From: Candidatus Micrarchaeota archaeon
GTDB lineage: Archaea > Micrarchaeota > Micrarchaeia > Micrarchaeales > Micrarchaeaceae
DNA length: 64,000 bases
Assembly: GCA_030040895.1 (NCBI GenBank)
Contig: JASHSJ010000013.1
Coordinates: 57,414 to 121,413, forward strand
Direction of reading: 5' to 3'
A model generated the notes under the pieces. It saw only the letters and a list, made by a program, of their open reading frames with translations. It did no database searches and was not told the DNA's origin. The position numbers and the translations under genes were made by a program. The stretch's first letter is position 1; each line of letters opens with the position of its first letter. This document shows positions 16,725 through 26,159 of this stretch, one piece after another.

Positions 16725-17447
16725 ATGATAATCTGCGGTGGAGATGAGGCCGGAAGAGGCGCAGTTATAGGCCCACTGGTGGTCTCGATTGTTGTTGCCA
16801 GCAAAGCCAATGAAAAAAGGTTCGCAGAAATAGGGGTTAGAGATTCAAAGCTCCTATCAAGGGAAAAACGCGACTTTCTCTTCGACAAGATCAGCAAGAT
16901 TGCACTGGAGGTGCACTATGACAGCATAAGCCCCACAGACATAAACAATGCAATGCAGAAGGGCATATCCCTAAATGAGCTGGAGGCGGTAAGGTTCTCA
17001 AAGCTGCTTGACAGGGTAGAGAACGAATCATCGACCCTGTATCTGGACTCCCCAGACGTTGTTGCTGAGAAGTTCGGGCTCAGGGTCAACATGTATAGCT
17101 CGAAGCCTACCAGGGTACAAGGAATAAGATTCGAGCGCAAGAAGGGAATAAGCTATACCAAGATAATCGCAGAGCACAAGGCAGACGCAAAATATCCGGT
17201 GGTTTCTGCCGCCAGCATAATAGCCAAGGTAACCAGGGACAACGAGATAAAGAAGCTAGAGGAGACACTAGGCATGGAGATAGGCTCCGGATATCCATCA
17301 GATGCAAAGACAATAGGAGCGGTCAGGGCAAACCTGAAGAATCCGGATTTCAAGGAGCACGTGCGAGAATACTGGTCGACAGTTGATGGGATAAAACAGA
17401 TGAGGATGACCGCATTCACAGAGGAGGTAATGGGCGAGATCGCGTAA
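16725..17447 (+). CDS. rnhB: ribonuclease HII
   Basis: Motifs GGDEAGRGAVIGPLVV, VRDSKLLS, LYLDSPD, HKADAKYPVVSAASIIAKVTRD and GSGYPSD. Confidence 0.92.
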   Translation: MIICGGDEAGRGAVIGPLVVSIVVASKANEKRFAEIGVRDSKLLSREKRDFLFDKISKIALEVHYDSISPTDINNAMQKGISLNELEAVRFSKLLDRVENESSTLYLDSPDVVAEKFGLRVNMYSSKPTRVQGIRFERKKGISYTKIIAEHKADAKYPVVSAASIIAKVTRDNEIKKLEETLGMEIGSGYPSDAKTIGAVRANLKNPDFKEHVREYWSTVDGIKQMRMTAFTEEVMGEIA

Positions 17448-17503
17448 GCTTTTTCTAATGCATACAGATAGGTTCATATATTAAAGTTATTTTATAGTTA
17501 TCA

Positions 17504-17608
17504 GGATCTGTGGCGCAACTTGGATAGCGCGTCGGGCTTCGGACCCGATGGTTGCGGGTTCAAATGGGATAGAGCGTTGTTTCTGCCCTGAAAATCCCGC
17601 CAGATCCG
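17504..17608 (+). tRNA. tRNA-Arg(UCG) with a 30-nt T-loop (59/60) intron
   Basis: Acceptor GGATCTG/CAGATCC+G; D-arm GCGC-AACTTGGATA-GCGC; anticodon stem TCGGG/CCCGA with loop CTTCGGA; T-stem GCGGG/CCCGC enclosing 37 nt. Removing 17565-17594 restores TTCAAAT and a 75-nt tRNA. Confidence 0.85.
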
Positions 17609-17620
17609 CAATGTGGTGAA

Positions 17621-17929
17621 ATGGAAGAGTCCATTATCCTGAAGGGCAAGCAGGCAAAGATACTTGTGGCGCTAAAGAATACGCAACAGCCGTGGCACAT
17701 AACCAGCCTGGCCAAGGAATGCGGAGCTACATACGTTCACGTGTGCAACTTCATAAATACCTGCGAAAGGCTTGGCATAGTTGCGAACGAGAAACACGGA
17801 AAGCTCAAGGAGATAAAGCTCACAGACAAAGGAGTATTGATTGCTGATATGGTTTCAGGAATATATGGGGTACTGAACCAACAGCCGCAGCAAACAGCTC
17901 AGCAAAGGCAGGAGCCGCAGAAACAGTAA
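17621..17929 (+). CDS. winged-helix DNA-binding protein with Q/P-rich tail
   Basis: 102 aa. AKILVALKNTQQPWHITSLAKECGATYVHVCNFINTCERLGIV...IKLTDKG shows wHTH topology. C-terminal tail QQPQQTAQQRQEPQKQ. Confidence 0.65.
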   Translation: MEESIILKGKQAKILVALKNTQQPWHITSLAKECGATYVHVCNFINTCERLGIVANEKHGKLKEIKLTDKGVLIADMVSGIYGVLNQQPQQTAQQRQEPQKQ

Positions 17930-18343
17930 CTAGACAACACTTATCGTAACCCTTTTCTTAACTGCATTTATTACGTGTCCATAGTCCCTATAGTGCGATA
18001 TTGCAGTCAGATTCACAGTGTATTCGCCAGGGTCAGACTTTAGTCCGCTGAAAACATCAAACCTCACTTCTTTCTCCTCGTTCGGTGCAAGTTCACCCAA
18101 CCTCATCTCTCTTTCTTTTGACAGGCCCATCGCCTCAAATGCAAGCTGCCGTGGCAACTCTGCTACAACCGAAGTAAGAAGGACTTCCTTTGTCGCATTC
18201 CTTATCCTTACTTTTAGCGAAGATGAACTCGGCTTCTTGGAATATAGTTTATATGGCATCCATTCGGTTACCAACTTGAAAGGAAGAGGCCTCATGAGCT
18301 CCACTCCAGAGTCCTTTTTGCCAAAAATGTTGAAGATTCCCAC
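17930..18343 (-). CDS. hypothetical protein (possible Ig-like/CARDB-like beta-sandwich)
   Basis: 137 aa. The pattern LKVRIRNATKEVLL...LGELAPNEEKEVRFDVF...PGEYTVNLTA resembles CARDB-type beta-sandwich repeats. No signal peptide seen. Confidence 0.55.
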   Translation of the reverse strand: MGIFNIFGKKDSGVELMRPLPFKLVTEWMPYKLYSKKPSSSSLKVRIRNATKEVLLTSVVAELPRQLAFEAMGLSKEREMRLGELAPNEEKEVRFDVFSGLKSDPGEYTVNLTAISHYRDYGHVINAVKKRVTISVV

Positions 18344-18449
18344 CTCGATCGCCCAGAATTGACAAGATAGCTTTCATGACTATGCTTATATAGTTTCTTG
18401 TTATAACATAAATAGTAAAAGTTTGAGCACCTGATGGCGTAGAGGACCG

Positions 18450-18941
18450 GTGCCGGCTTCGGAATGGAAAAAGGCAAGAGATGGGATTGACCTTGGAGTG
18501 GGCATGCCAATAAAATACAACCTTACAAAATATGATATGTTGTTCTCTAAGATAAAGAGGATTCTCTCCAAGAAAGGCCCAAAGGAAATGACAAAGGAAG
18601 AGAAGAACACAATGTTCGAAGCCGTTCTCGTGGCCGCTTTTTCATCAAGCCACTCATGGCAAACATACAAGGCAATAGAAAGCGGGATACCAGGAGTTTT
18701 CAGAGCCCCAGAAATAAGGAAGGAATACGAAGAAGCATTTCTTATGCAATGGAAAAGAATATCCCCGTTTGACATAAACGAGGTCGCAAGCGTAAATATG
18801 GGCGATAACGCGTTTTCAGAATGGATGTTCTTCAACGTTCCAAAAGATTCACAAACGGACGTTTCTGGCGCGTGGAGATCACTGCAAAAAGAGTTCAATA
18901 AGGACTGTGATACAACAGAAAAAGTTGCATACGCCAGATAG
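18450..18941 (+). CDS. hypothetical protein
   Basis: 163-aa ORF with a GTG start; the first in-frame ATG is at 18504. Its K/E-rich composition looks more protein-like than the overlapping minus ORF 18401-18898. Confidence 0.5.
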   Translation: MPASEWKKARDGIDLGVGMPIKYNLTKYDMLFSKIKRILSKKGPKEMTKEEKNTMFEAVLVAAFSSSHSWQTYKAIESGIPGVFRAPEIRKEYEEAFLMQWKRISPFDINEVASVNMGDNAFSEWMFFNVPKDSQTDVSGAWRSLQKEFNKDCDTTEKVAYAR

Positions 18942-19126
18942 ATAGCGAATTAGCACAACGAGGAAAAAGCTGTTTGTGTCGTCGAAGAATGTATATTTCT
19001 GGTCAAGAAATTTATCTTGGGATAAAAAAGATTATCTTAATACAAGCGTTAAATAAAGTCAGTATTTAAATCTTGTTTCGGATACCTTCTACCAGAAAAG
19101 AAAATAAATTAGGGGATGGTGATCAA

Positions 19127-21415
19127 ATGGCGACAAGCAACTCCGGTGGATCAGTAATAAAGAGAAGTGGAGATAAGGTGGTATTCGATAGGAGCAAGAT
19201 AGAGGCAGCGATATTCAAGGCATATTCAGCAGTTTACATGGAAAACGATGAGAACGCCAACAAGGAAGCGGCCCAGAGGGCTGCGGACAAAGTCTTGGAG
19301 GCAATCATGGCGTCCGGAAAACAAGAAATCCACGTTGAGGAAGTCCAGGACATGGTAGAAGCTGCGCTGATGAAGGCAGACCCAAAGGTAGCGAAGTCAT
19401 ACATACTATACAGGAACAAGCACACAGAAATCAGGAAGTTCAGGGCTTCGCTTGGAATCCCAACCGACGACCTAAAAGTCCCAATAAATTCCCTCATAGT
19501 GCTAGGCGCAAGATATTTGTTAAAAGATGAGAATGGCAAGACGGTAGAAACACCAAGGCAGATGTTCTGGAGAGTAGCCAATGCAATATCCGGAATTGAG
19601 AAGAAGTGGGGACAAACAGATGAGAACATACGCACAACGGCACAACAATTCTACAACGTTATGTCTTCATTCGAGTTTATGCCCAACTCACCAACGCTTA
19701 TGAATGCAGGCACAAAGGACGGGCAGCTGAGCGCATGTTTTGTCCTTCCCGTTGGAGATTCAATACCTGAGATATTTGATGCAATAAAATACCAAGCAAT
19801 GGTTCACAAGACTGGCGGAGGTACAGGATTCTCGTTCTCAAGGCTGAGGCCGTCTAACGACTTTGTAAGAAGCACGAGCGGGGTTGCATCAGGCCCAGTA
19901 TCATTCATGAAGATATTCGATTCTGCTACAGAGGAAATAAAGCAGGGAGGCAAGCGCAGGGGAGCGAATATGGGTATACTGAGAGTAGATCACCCAGATA
20001 TTCTTAGCTTCATAGTTCTGAAGGAGAACGAAGGAACGCTCAGGAACTTCAATGTATCAGTTGCCATAACGGACGAGTTCATGCGCGCACTGAAGGCGAA
20101 CAGGGACTACAATCTAATCAATCCAAGGAGCGGCAAGCCGGTAGGCAAACTCAATGCAAAGGCAGTCTGGAATCTAATAGTCACTATGGCATGGAAGACC
20201 GGAGACCCAGGATTAGTATTCATAGACAGGATAAACGCGAGCTTTTCAAATCCAGTACCTCACAGGGGGCCGATAGAGGCAACAAATCCTTGCGGAGAGG
20301 TTCCAATGTATCCATATGACTCGTGCAACCTCGGGTCGATAAACCTGGCTAAGATGGTAAAGAAGAACGATCATCATTATGAGATAGACTGGGACAAGCT
20401 AAGGACGACAACGAGGCTTGCAACAAGATTTCTCGATGATGTTATAGAAGCGAACAAGTATCCGCTGCCAGAGATTGAGGAAGTCAGCAGGAGCATAAGG
20501 AGAGTGGGACTTGGAATAATGGGCTGGGCAGACCTTCTGATAAAGCTAAGAGTCAGATACGACAGCAACGCGGCATTATTGCTAGCAGAGCAGGTCATGC
20601 AGTTCATAACAAACACTTCAAGGAAAGTAAGCGAAGAACTTGCAATCGAGCGCGGAGCATTCCCAGATTTCGACAAGAGCATATGGCCAAGGTTGGGATA
20701 CAAGCCGCTCAGGAATGCGACAATGACAACAATAGCTCCAACAGGAACAATCAGTATCATAGCAGGAGGATGTTCACAAGGCATAGAGCCAATATTCTCT
20801 GTTGTCTATCTGAGAAATGTGAGAGATACAATCGGATCGAACCTCATCGAAGTGAACAACGAGTTCGAGACATACGCGCTTGAGAACAATTTCTATTCAG
20901 AGGAATTGATGCAGAAGCTTGCAAACAGGGTTTCGATACAGGACATAGAAGAGATTCCAGAAGACGTAAGGAAGCTGTTCGTTACTGCTTTTGACATATC
21001 TCCAGAATGGCATACCAAGATGCAGGCGGCATTCCAGAAGTACACAGACAATGGAGTTTCAAAGACTATAAACTTCCCGAATACTGCGACGCCTCAGGAC
21101 ATAGAAAGGGCATATGCAATGGCCTGGGAGACAGGATGCAGGGGCATAACAGTATACAGGGATGCTTCGAAGAGCGTGCAGGTGCTTCAGGCGGTCAACA
21201 GCGAGAGCGCGCAGAGAAGCCTGGATAGCGTCAAGAGAGAACATGAACAGGCAAACACTGAGCACACCGTAAGCATGGCAATGGTAAAGAACGCAGCCAA
21301 CACCTATCAGCTAGTAACTGGCAAGGAAGAGAAGTGCCCGGAATGTGGCAACACTATGATAGCGGGCAGCGGATGTTTCACATGCCCGAAGTGCTCGTAC
21401 AGTTCATGCGGATAA
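19127..21415 (+). CDS. nrdJ: ribonucleoside-triphosphate/diphosphate reductase, class II (adenosylcobalamin-dependent)
   Basis: ATP-cone (VIKRSGDKVVFDRSKIEAAI), catalytic blocks NSPTLMNAG, ACFVLP, NPCGEV and TIAPTGT, and a C-terminal Zn-ribbon CPECG...CPKC. The start is set at ATG 19127, preceded by GGTGATC. The ORF opens at TTG 19073. Confidence 0.93.
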   Translation: MATSNSGGSVIKRSGDKVVFDRSKIEAAIFKAYSAVYMENDENANKEAAQRAADKVLEAIMASGKQEIHVEEVQDMVEAALMKADPKVAKSYILYRNKHTEIRKFRASLGIPTDDLKVPINSLIVLGARYLLKDENGKTVETPRQMFWRVANAISGIEKKWGQTDENIRTTAQQFYNVMSSFEFMPNSPTLMNAGTKDGQLSACFVLPVGDSIPEIFDAIKYQAMVHKTGGGTGFSFSRLRPSNDFVRSTSGVASGPVSFMKIFDSATEEIKQGGKRRGANMGILRVDHPDILSFIVLKENEGTLRNFNVSVAITDEFMRALKANRDYNLINPRSGKPVGKLNAKAVWNLIVTMAWKTGDPGLVFIDRINASFSNPVPHRGPIEATNPCGEVPMYPYDSCNLGSINLAKMVKKNDHHYEIDWDKLRTTTRLATRFLDDVIEANKYPLPEIEEVSRSIRRVGLGIMGWADLLIKLRVRYDSNAALLLAEQVMQFITNTSRKVSEELAIERGAFPDFDKSIWPRLGYKPLRNATMTTIAPTGTISIIAGGCSQGIEPIFSVVYLRNVRDTIGSNLIEVNNEFETYALENNFYSEELMQKLANRVSIQDIEEIPEDVRKLFVTAFDISPEWHTKMQAAFQKYTDNGVSKTINFPNTATPQDIERAYAMAWETGCRGITVYRDASKSVQVLQAVNSESAQRSLDSVKREHEQANTEHTVSMAMVKNAANTYQLVTGKEEKCPECGNTMIAGSGCFTCPKCSYSSCG

Positions 21416-22318
21416 TCATTCTGTAAGGACTTTGCACCCATCTTTTTCTACAAGGATCTCGGCTTCAGCCTGTGCGACAAGGCCCTCACTTGCACAAATG
21501 AGCATAGGATGACTTATTATTATGTCATTCATCAGCAGTTCTCTTATCCCTGCATAGAGGCCAAAATCCGAATTAACAGTGCCGCCAAGCCATCGAACTG
21601 CAAACGGCTCGCTTTCGTAGTTCGCTATAATCTTAACCATCAAGTCCCGCGCATTTCTAGCCCTAACTGCCCCTGCATGTGAGAATTGATATATTTCACA
21701 GATATCGCTCTCCACAACCGTGTTCTTTTTTGCGTTTGTTATGAAAGGCTCTATTGCAATAACCTCTCCTTCTTCGAGTACCGTATCATCTTTGTTATCA
21801 AAATTCGGTATGAACACACCAGAATGGAGGTCATGTACTCCAACCCCGTGCCCTCCAAGGTTCATAATGGGTTGAAATCCAGCTTGTTCCGCTGCCGAGT
21901 TTATCTGCCTTCCTATTGCAGAAACGCTGACACCGGCCTTAACAACGGATATCGCATCAGCGAGAGCCCTTTCCGCCGCCGCAACCAGATTAACATTTGA
22001 TCCGCCCAGGTCAACAGTCAAGGCACAATCACCAAGCACTCCGCTCTTTGCTGCACCAAAGTCGACTTTAACAAGGTCATTATCTCCAAACACCTTGTCG
22101 TCGCCAAGCTTCGGAGTATAATGTGCAGCCTCTCTGTTTACAGAAAGATTTATCGGAAATGCACATCCATATCCATTTTCCTTTAGAAAACCCTCTGCCT
22201 TCTCAGCCACATCAAGTAATCTTGCACCTGGCTTTACAAGGTCTTTAGCAAATTTAAGCGCCTTGATGGACATAGCGCCTACATCCGTCAATGCTTTTTC
22301 ATCAACAGTGTCTTCCAT
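21416..22318 (-). CDS. map: methionine aminopeptidase, type 2 (archaeal)
   Basis: 300 aa. It shows the pita-bread metal-ligand pattern (AAHYTP, VDFGA, GGHGVGVHDLH, IAIEPF) and a C-terminal insertion typical of type 2. Confidence 0.9.
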   Translation of the reverse strand: MEDTVDEKALTDVGAMSIKALKFAKDLVKPGARLLDVAEKAEGFLKENGYGCAFPINLSVNREAAHYTPKLGDDKVFGDNDLVKVDFGAAKSGVLGDCALTVDLGGSNVNLVAAAERALADAISVVKAGVSVSAIGRQINSAAEQAGFQPIMNLGGHGVGVHDLHSGVFIPNFDNKDDTVLEEGEVIAIEPFITNAKKNTVVESDICEIYQFSHAGAVRARNARDLMVKIIANYESEPFAVRWLGGTVNSDFGLYAGIRELLMNDIIISHPMLICASEGLVAQAEAEILVEKDGCKVLTE

Positions 22319-22325
22319 ATAATCA

Positions 22326-24755
22326 CTACATTAGCTTCTTTTGGCTGCCAAGGCCTTTAAGGTCATCCTCACTGAAGTCCAGCTCCTTGAGTATCCTCAT
22401 GGTCGCCGGCAAAACCTGATGGTTTATGTAATAATCAGGGTCATAATCTGTTGCAAAGTCCTCAAGGGTTGCCTTATCAGATATAGAAGAACCCCTCTTT
22501 GTTATAACATAGCTTATTACTGCATGTTCCACCTCATCTTTCTTCTTCTGCCCAGTCTGCACAGCCTTCCTTGCCGCTGCAAGTTCTGGAGATTTAGAAT
22601 CGTAAGAATCTATCCCCTTTCTTAGCTGGGTGCTTATTGCAAGCTCGGCGAGTGGAACTTTGCCCTCCTTTAGCGACTTTATAACGTCTTTAACTATCTG
22701 GGCAGCTTTTTCCTTGCTACCTTCCTTAAGTATTGTTTCAAGAACTCGCTTCTGCGTTTCTCTTGCAATCTTCGACCAGTCTCTCCTAACAAGCTCAAAC
22801 CCCCTTATCTTTATCCTCCCAGATTCTGATATCAGCGCGTATTTCTTCTTGGCTCCCGCGCTTCCTTTTTCTGATTTCTTTCCAACAAAAACTCCCCGCG
22901 TATAGAAATCCTCGAGCTCCAGTTCCATAGATTCCGGTATGCCGGCATTGAATTTCTTTACAAATGCCAAGGCAGATTCCCTGCTGTTGTCACCCAATAG
23001 CAGAAGGACAGAGTCAGTGTCAGAATATATCACATTAAAGTGGTTCTTTTCAGCTGCGTCTATAGTATTATGTATGTACTGCCTACCATAAGCAGTTACA
23101 CTGGCAGCGCAAGGTCTGGAATACCATCGTGATCTTACATATCCCAGATATCCATAGAAAGAATTCGCAATTATCTTTAGGGCAAGCGACTTCGCTGCGT
23201 ACGATACATTAGACGGGTCTTTCTTGAATAATTTCTTGACTTCTACTCGCTCGTCCATCATAATCTTCAATATGGTGGGCACTATCCCTCTCTTCTTTTT
23301 GCCAAACTTTACCCCAATTGGGGATTCATAGTAATCCATGCAATCTTCGCAGATGCACGACGGGTCTATGTTATGAGAAACTATTATGGAAGGATACAGG
23401 CCCCTGAAATCAAACACAGCTATGTTATTGTATATACCTGGTTCTGGAGTTTTCACATAAGCCCCTTCTATAGGATTGTTTTCTCTGGATCGCATCTCAT
23501 AGTCATCTGGCTTATTCGGTATTATCTCATTGTTCTTGTAAGCGTACCTCATTAGCGAGAACTCCACCAGCTGGCCGGCCGTAGATACAGCTACATCTGT
23601 GAGCATATCGCCGGTTATTTTTGATAACTCTACCATTATCGAAGCGAATTTGTCATAGACCTCCATGAGTGCCTCAGAATCATTCATGTTATAAGTAGCA
23701 AGTTCCTCTATGTCCTTTTTACTCCCATCCCAGAGTTTGTATATATCCTTCTTCTCCACGGTTATTTTCTTCTCCTTTGATACTGCTTCATATACATTTT
23801 TCAGAGTATAACTATTCATTTTCAGTAGGTATTCCGAGGATCCGACTGTTGCAATGAATCTTACCACAAGATACATGTCAACATGAACCCTTCCAGCTAT
23901 CTTGACTCTATTCACTAGGCCATGCCTCTCAATCTTTGTATCTCCTTCAAACCGGCTCAGTGTGAAATATATACCTAATCGCTCAGCCCTGTCTATCATA
24001 TAAGTTATATCGAAATTTGCTGAATTGTAGCCAGTTATTATATCAATATCTAGTTCTTCCACGATATTCATGAATCTATTAAAAAGAGCTTTCTCATCCT
24101 TCACAGTCTCTACGAAAGGCAAATCAACTTTCTTATAAGTGATTACTCCGCCACCAGTCTTCCCGTTCGAAGAAAACACATAACTTATCATTATCAAAGG
24201 ATCAAGATTTACTCTCGGTATACCTAGCGGATTGTAAACCTCTATATCGAAGCTTAGAATGTTTACTTCTGGAACTAAGCCTTCTTTCTTTTTCATTGAT
24301 TTGAGCACAAGTTTTTTATCGCGCTCCTCGAGTTCAAATTCATATAAAGTGAATGGAGAAATCCCAGTATCGATTACATATCTCTTGGCAAATGGAATAT
24401 CGAACTCGTAACACGTGCCATACGCCAAAAATGCTGCGCTTAACCTTGGCACCTCCATAGGGCTTTTGGCAAATACATAGTATCCATCAGCATCCTTGCC
24501 GAAAATGCTGCGCTTTTTCTTCCCTGCATCCTCTGCTTTAACTATGGCTCCGGAATCTCCCCCAGATACTGCAAGAATATCGTCTTTATTCATTGTTTTT
24601 GATGGTACGAAGTAGAAGTAGGGCCTGAACTCCTGATCGAATATCTCATAGGCATTGCCGTCCGTTGCCTTGATAAGCAGCCTGATTGCCGCTCTATCTT
24701 TCTGTATCAAATAGTCAACGTCAAGTATTGCGCCAGAAAGAGTCCTCTCTGCCAT
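22326..24755 (-). CDS. polB: family B DNA polymerase
   Basis: 809 aa. Exo motifs FDIEV and YNSANFDITYM. Pol motifs DFRGLYPSIIVSHNI, KIIANSFYGYLGY and YSDTDS. Its length leaves no room for inteins. Confidence 0.95.
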   Translation of the reverse strand: MAERTLSGAILDVDYLIQKDRAAIRLLIKATDGNAYEIFDQEFRPYFYFVPSKTMNKDDILAVSGGDSGAIVKAEDAGKKKRSIFGKDADGYYVFAKSPMEVPRLSAAFLAYGTCYEFDIPFAKRYVIDTGISPFTLYEFELEERDKKLVLKSMKKKEGLVPEVNILSFDIEVYNPLGIPRVNLDPLIMISYVFSSNGKTGGGVITYKKVDLPFVETVKDEKALFNRFMNIVEELDIDIITGYNSANFDITYMIDRAERLGIYFTLSRFEGDTKIERHGLVNRVKIAGRVHVDMYLVVRFIATVGSSEYLLKMNSYTLKNVYEAVSKEKKITVEKKDIYKLWDGSKKDIEELATYNMNDSEALMEVYDKFASIMVELSKITGDMLTDVAVSTAGQLVEFSLMRYAYKNNEIIPNKPDDYEMRSRENNPIEGAYVKTPEPGIYNNIAVFDFRGLYPSIIVSHNIDPSCICEDCMDYYESPIGVKFGKKKRGIVPTILKIMMDERVEVKKLFKKDPSNVSYAAKSLALKIIANSFYGYLGYVRSRWYSRPCAASVTAYGRQYIHNTIDAAEKNHFNVIYSDTDSVLLLLGDNSRESALAFVKKFNAGIPESMELELEDFYTRGVFVGKKSEKGSAGAKKKYALISESGRIKIRGFELVRRDWSKIARETQKRVLETILKEGSKEKAAQIVKDVIKSLKEGKVPLAELAISTQLRKGIDSYDSKSPELAAARKAVQTGQKKKDEVEHAVISYVITKRGSSISDKATLEDFATDYDPDYYINHQVLPATMRILKELDFSEDDLKGLGSQKKLM

Positions 24756-24810
24756 TGGCTCACGTTAGATATATGCTCCGCTAACAATTATAATCCATTA
24801 TAGAATGCGA

Positions 24811-25233
24811 TTACTGCTTTGGCTCCTCTATCCTTGTCGTGCTTATTACAAGAGGCGGTATCAGGCCAAGCGCGTATGCGACCAGCGTTCCTGTTGCGCT
24901 GCACCTGAAGTTAAGGCCGTTTATTATCTCCTCCGCAATCTCGATCGGCAGGGTCTTCTTCTCGTTCCATCTTTTCATTATGGCCTGAACTCCGTCCTTT
25001 GTATCAGAAAGCTCTACCACTCCGCCAAGCTTAAGCTTGCCCACGCTCTTTGCATCCTTGCCCTCTCCATCAAGATAGTCAGCAACGAAACTGTAGTTTA
25101 CCTTTATCCTAGTGCCTTCCTGCGAAACAGAATCAAGATTAATGTTCAGTTTCGGGAACCTCTGCTTGTTAAGGGAATCAGCAGAATCTATCTTACCTTC
25201 AACGCTAGATATTGTGAATCCAGTTATTGGCAT
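24811..25233 (-). CDS. hypothetical protein
   Basis: 140-aa ORF with ATG start and balanced composition. The overlapping plus ORF 24805-25263 is L/Y/C/R-rich and rejected. A faint SecB-like pattern is not claimed. Confidence 0.5.
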   Translation of the reverse strand: MPITGFTISSVEGKIDSADSLNKQRFPKLNINLDSVSQEGTRIKVNYSFVADYLDGEGKDAKSVGKLKLGGVVELSDTKDGVQAIMKRWNEKKTLPIEIAEEIINGLNFRCSATGTLVAYALGLIPPLVISTTRIEEPKQ

Positions 25234-25318
25234 AAAATCACTTTAGCAGAGATACTTCATTAATAAAGCTATATAAAGATGCCTACTACCGCCAAGAAAA
25301 GGCATTAGCGGAATAAGG

Positions 25319-25954
25319 CTAGGCAAGGTTTTCGTAGGCCTCAGCGGCACCTCTCAGGAGGATGTTGAATACCAGCACCGCAATAAATACGTATCCTATC
25401 CATAGTGGCCAACCGTAGAGATATACTAGGACAAGGTACGAGAACGTGACCACCTTTGGCACGTTTATGAACGCCCTTGCGAAGTTGGACGAGTACACCA
25501 TTCTTGCAAACTTTGTCTTCATCTTCGATGACGTCCCTTTCGCCCCCATAAGCGCATCTACAAAAGAGTGCCTTATGATCACTATTATAGTCACGAAAAG
25601 CGGCACAAGTCCTAGATACGTAAAAGCGAACCAGTATATGTACTCAGTTGCACGATCTCCAGCAACGTCGAATCTCGCTCCGTGTGGTGCAGCATTTTTG
25701 AGCATGCCCTTCCATTTCTTTATCTGCGGTTCAAGTTTCTTGTCACCAAAGACAGAGGCGTTCACGTAGCTAATGAAACCTAGTTTCCTATCGCTCATGT
25801 CATAAAGGGCAAAGTACCCGTCAAGGCCATCAAGCACCCTCTCAAGAACGATTCCAGAGATCAGGAGTATCGCATTCAACCTCGCAAGTAGTCCAAAAAC
25901 GACAGCAACAGCTATTACTACCCTGGAAACTGTCGTGATATCTGCTGACCTCAT
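25319..25954 (-). CDS. CDP-alcohol phosphatidyltransferase-family protein (divergent)
   Basis: 211 aa and polytopic. DGLDGYFA (D-x2-D-G-x2-A) and GARFDVAGD (G-x3-D-x3-D) are present but separated by a stretch much longer than the usual ~10 residues. Confidence 0.6.
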   Translation of the reverse strand: MRSADITTVSRVVIAVAVVFGLLARLNAILLISGIVLERVLDGLDGYFALYDMSDRKLGFISYVNASVFGDKKLEPQIKKWKGMLKNAAPHGARFDVAGDRATEYIYWFAFTYLGLVPLFVTIIVIIRHSFVDALMGAKGTSSKMKTKFARMVYSSNFARAFINVPKVVTFSYLVLVYLYGWPLWIGYVFIAVLVFNILLRGAAEAYENLA

Positions 25955-26022
25955 TCTCTTACCAATTTTATAACAATCCGAAACAAGAAATAATAAGCCT
26001 TGCTAAGCAACTTATCTGTTGG

Positions 26023-26095
26023 AGCCCCATCATCTAGTGGCCAAGGATCGCGGGCTTTGGACCCGTGTACACCGGTTCGAATCCGGTTGGGGCTA
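26023..26095 (+). tRNA. tRNA-Gln(UUG)
   Basis: Acceptor AGCCCCA/TGGGGCT+A; anticodon stem GCGGG/CCCGT with loop CTTTGGA; T-arm ACCGG-TTCGAAT-CCGGT. 73 nt. Confidence 0.9.
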
Positions 26096-26159
26096 CATAC
26101 AAATATAAGGATAGAAATACAAGCAATAGCGGATGATGACTACAAGGTATTTCTGATCT

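Noticed and set aside
18942-19126. A regulatory RNA (B12 riboswitch) or NrdR-type operator upstream of the class II RNR gene.
   Set aside because: I see no B12-box-like conserved core or multi-stem GC-rich structure. The region is AT-rich with only a trivial GATAA-n6-TTATC inverted repeat. Cobalamin riboswitches and NrdR are bacterial features. An Rfam scan would settle it.
22326-24755. Inteins in PolB, and likewise in the RNR at 19127-21415, both common archaeal intein hosts.
   Set aside because: The protein lengths (809 and 762 aa) and the uninterrupted spacing of the polymerase and RNR motifs leave no room for an intein. No C-terminal HN / Cys-Ser-Thr splice junction blocks were seen.
24805-25263. 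152-aa plus-strand ORF overlapping the 24811-25233 minus-strand ORF.
   Set aside because: It is L/Y/C/R-rich with several Cys and Tyr runs and looks like antisense translation. The minus-strand product has balanced composition, so I kept that one, still only as hypothetical.
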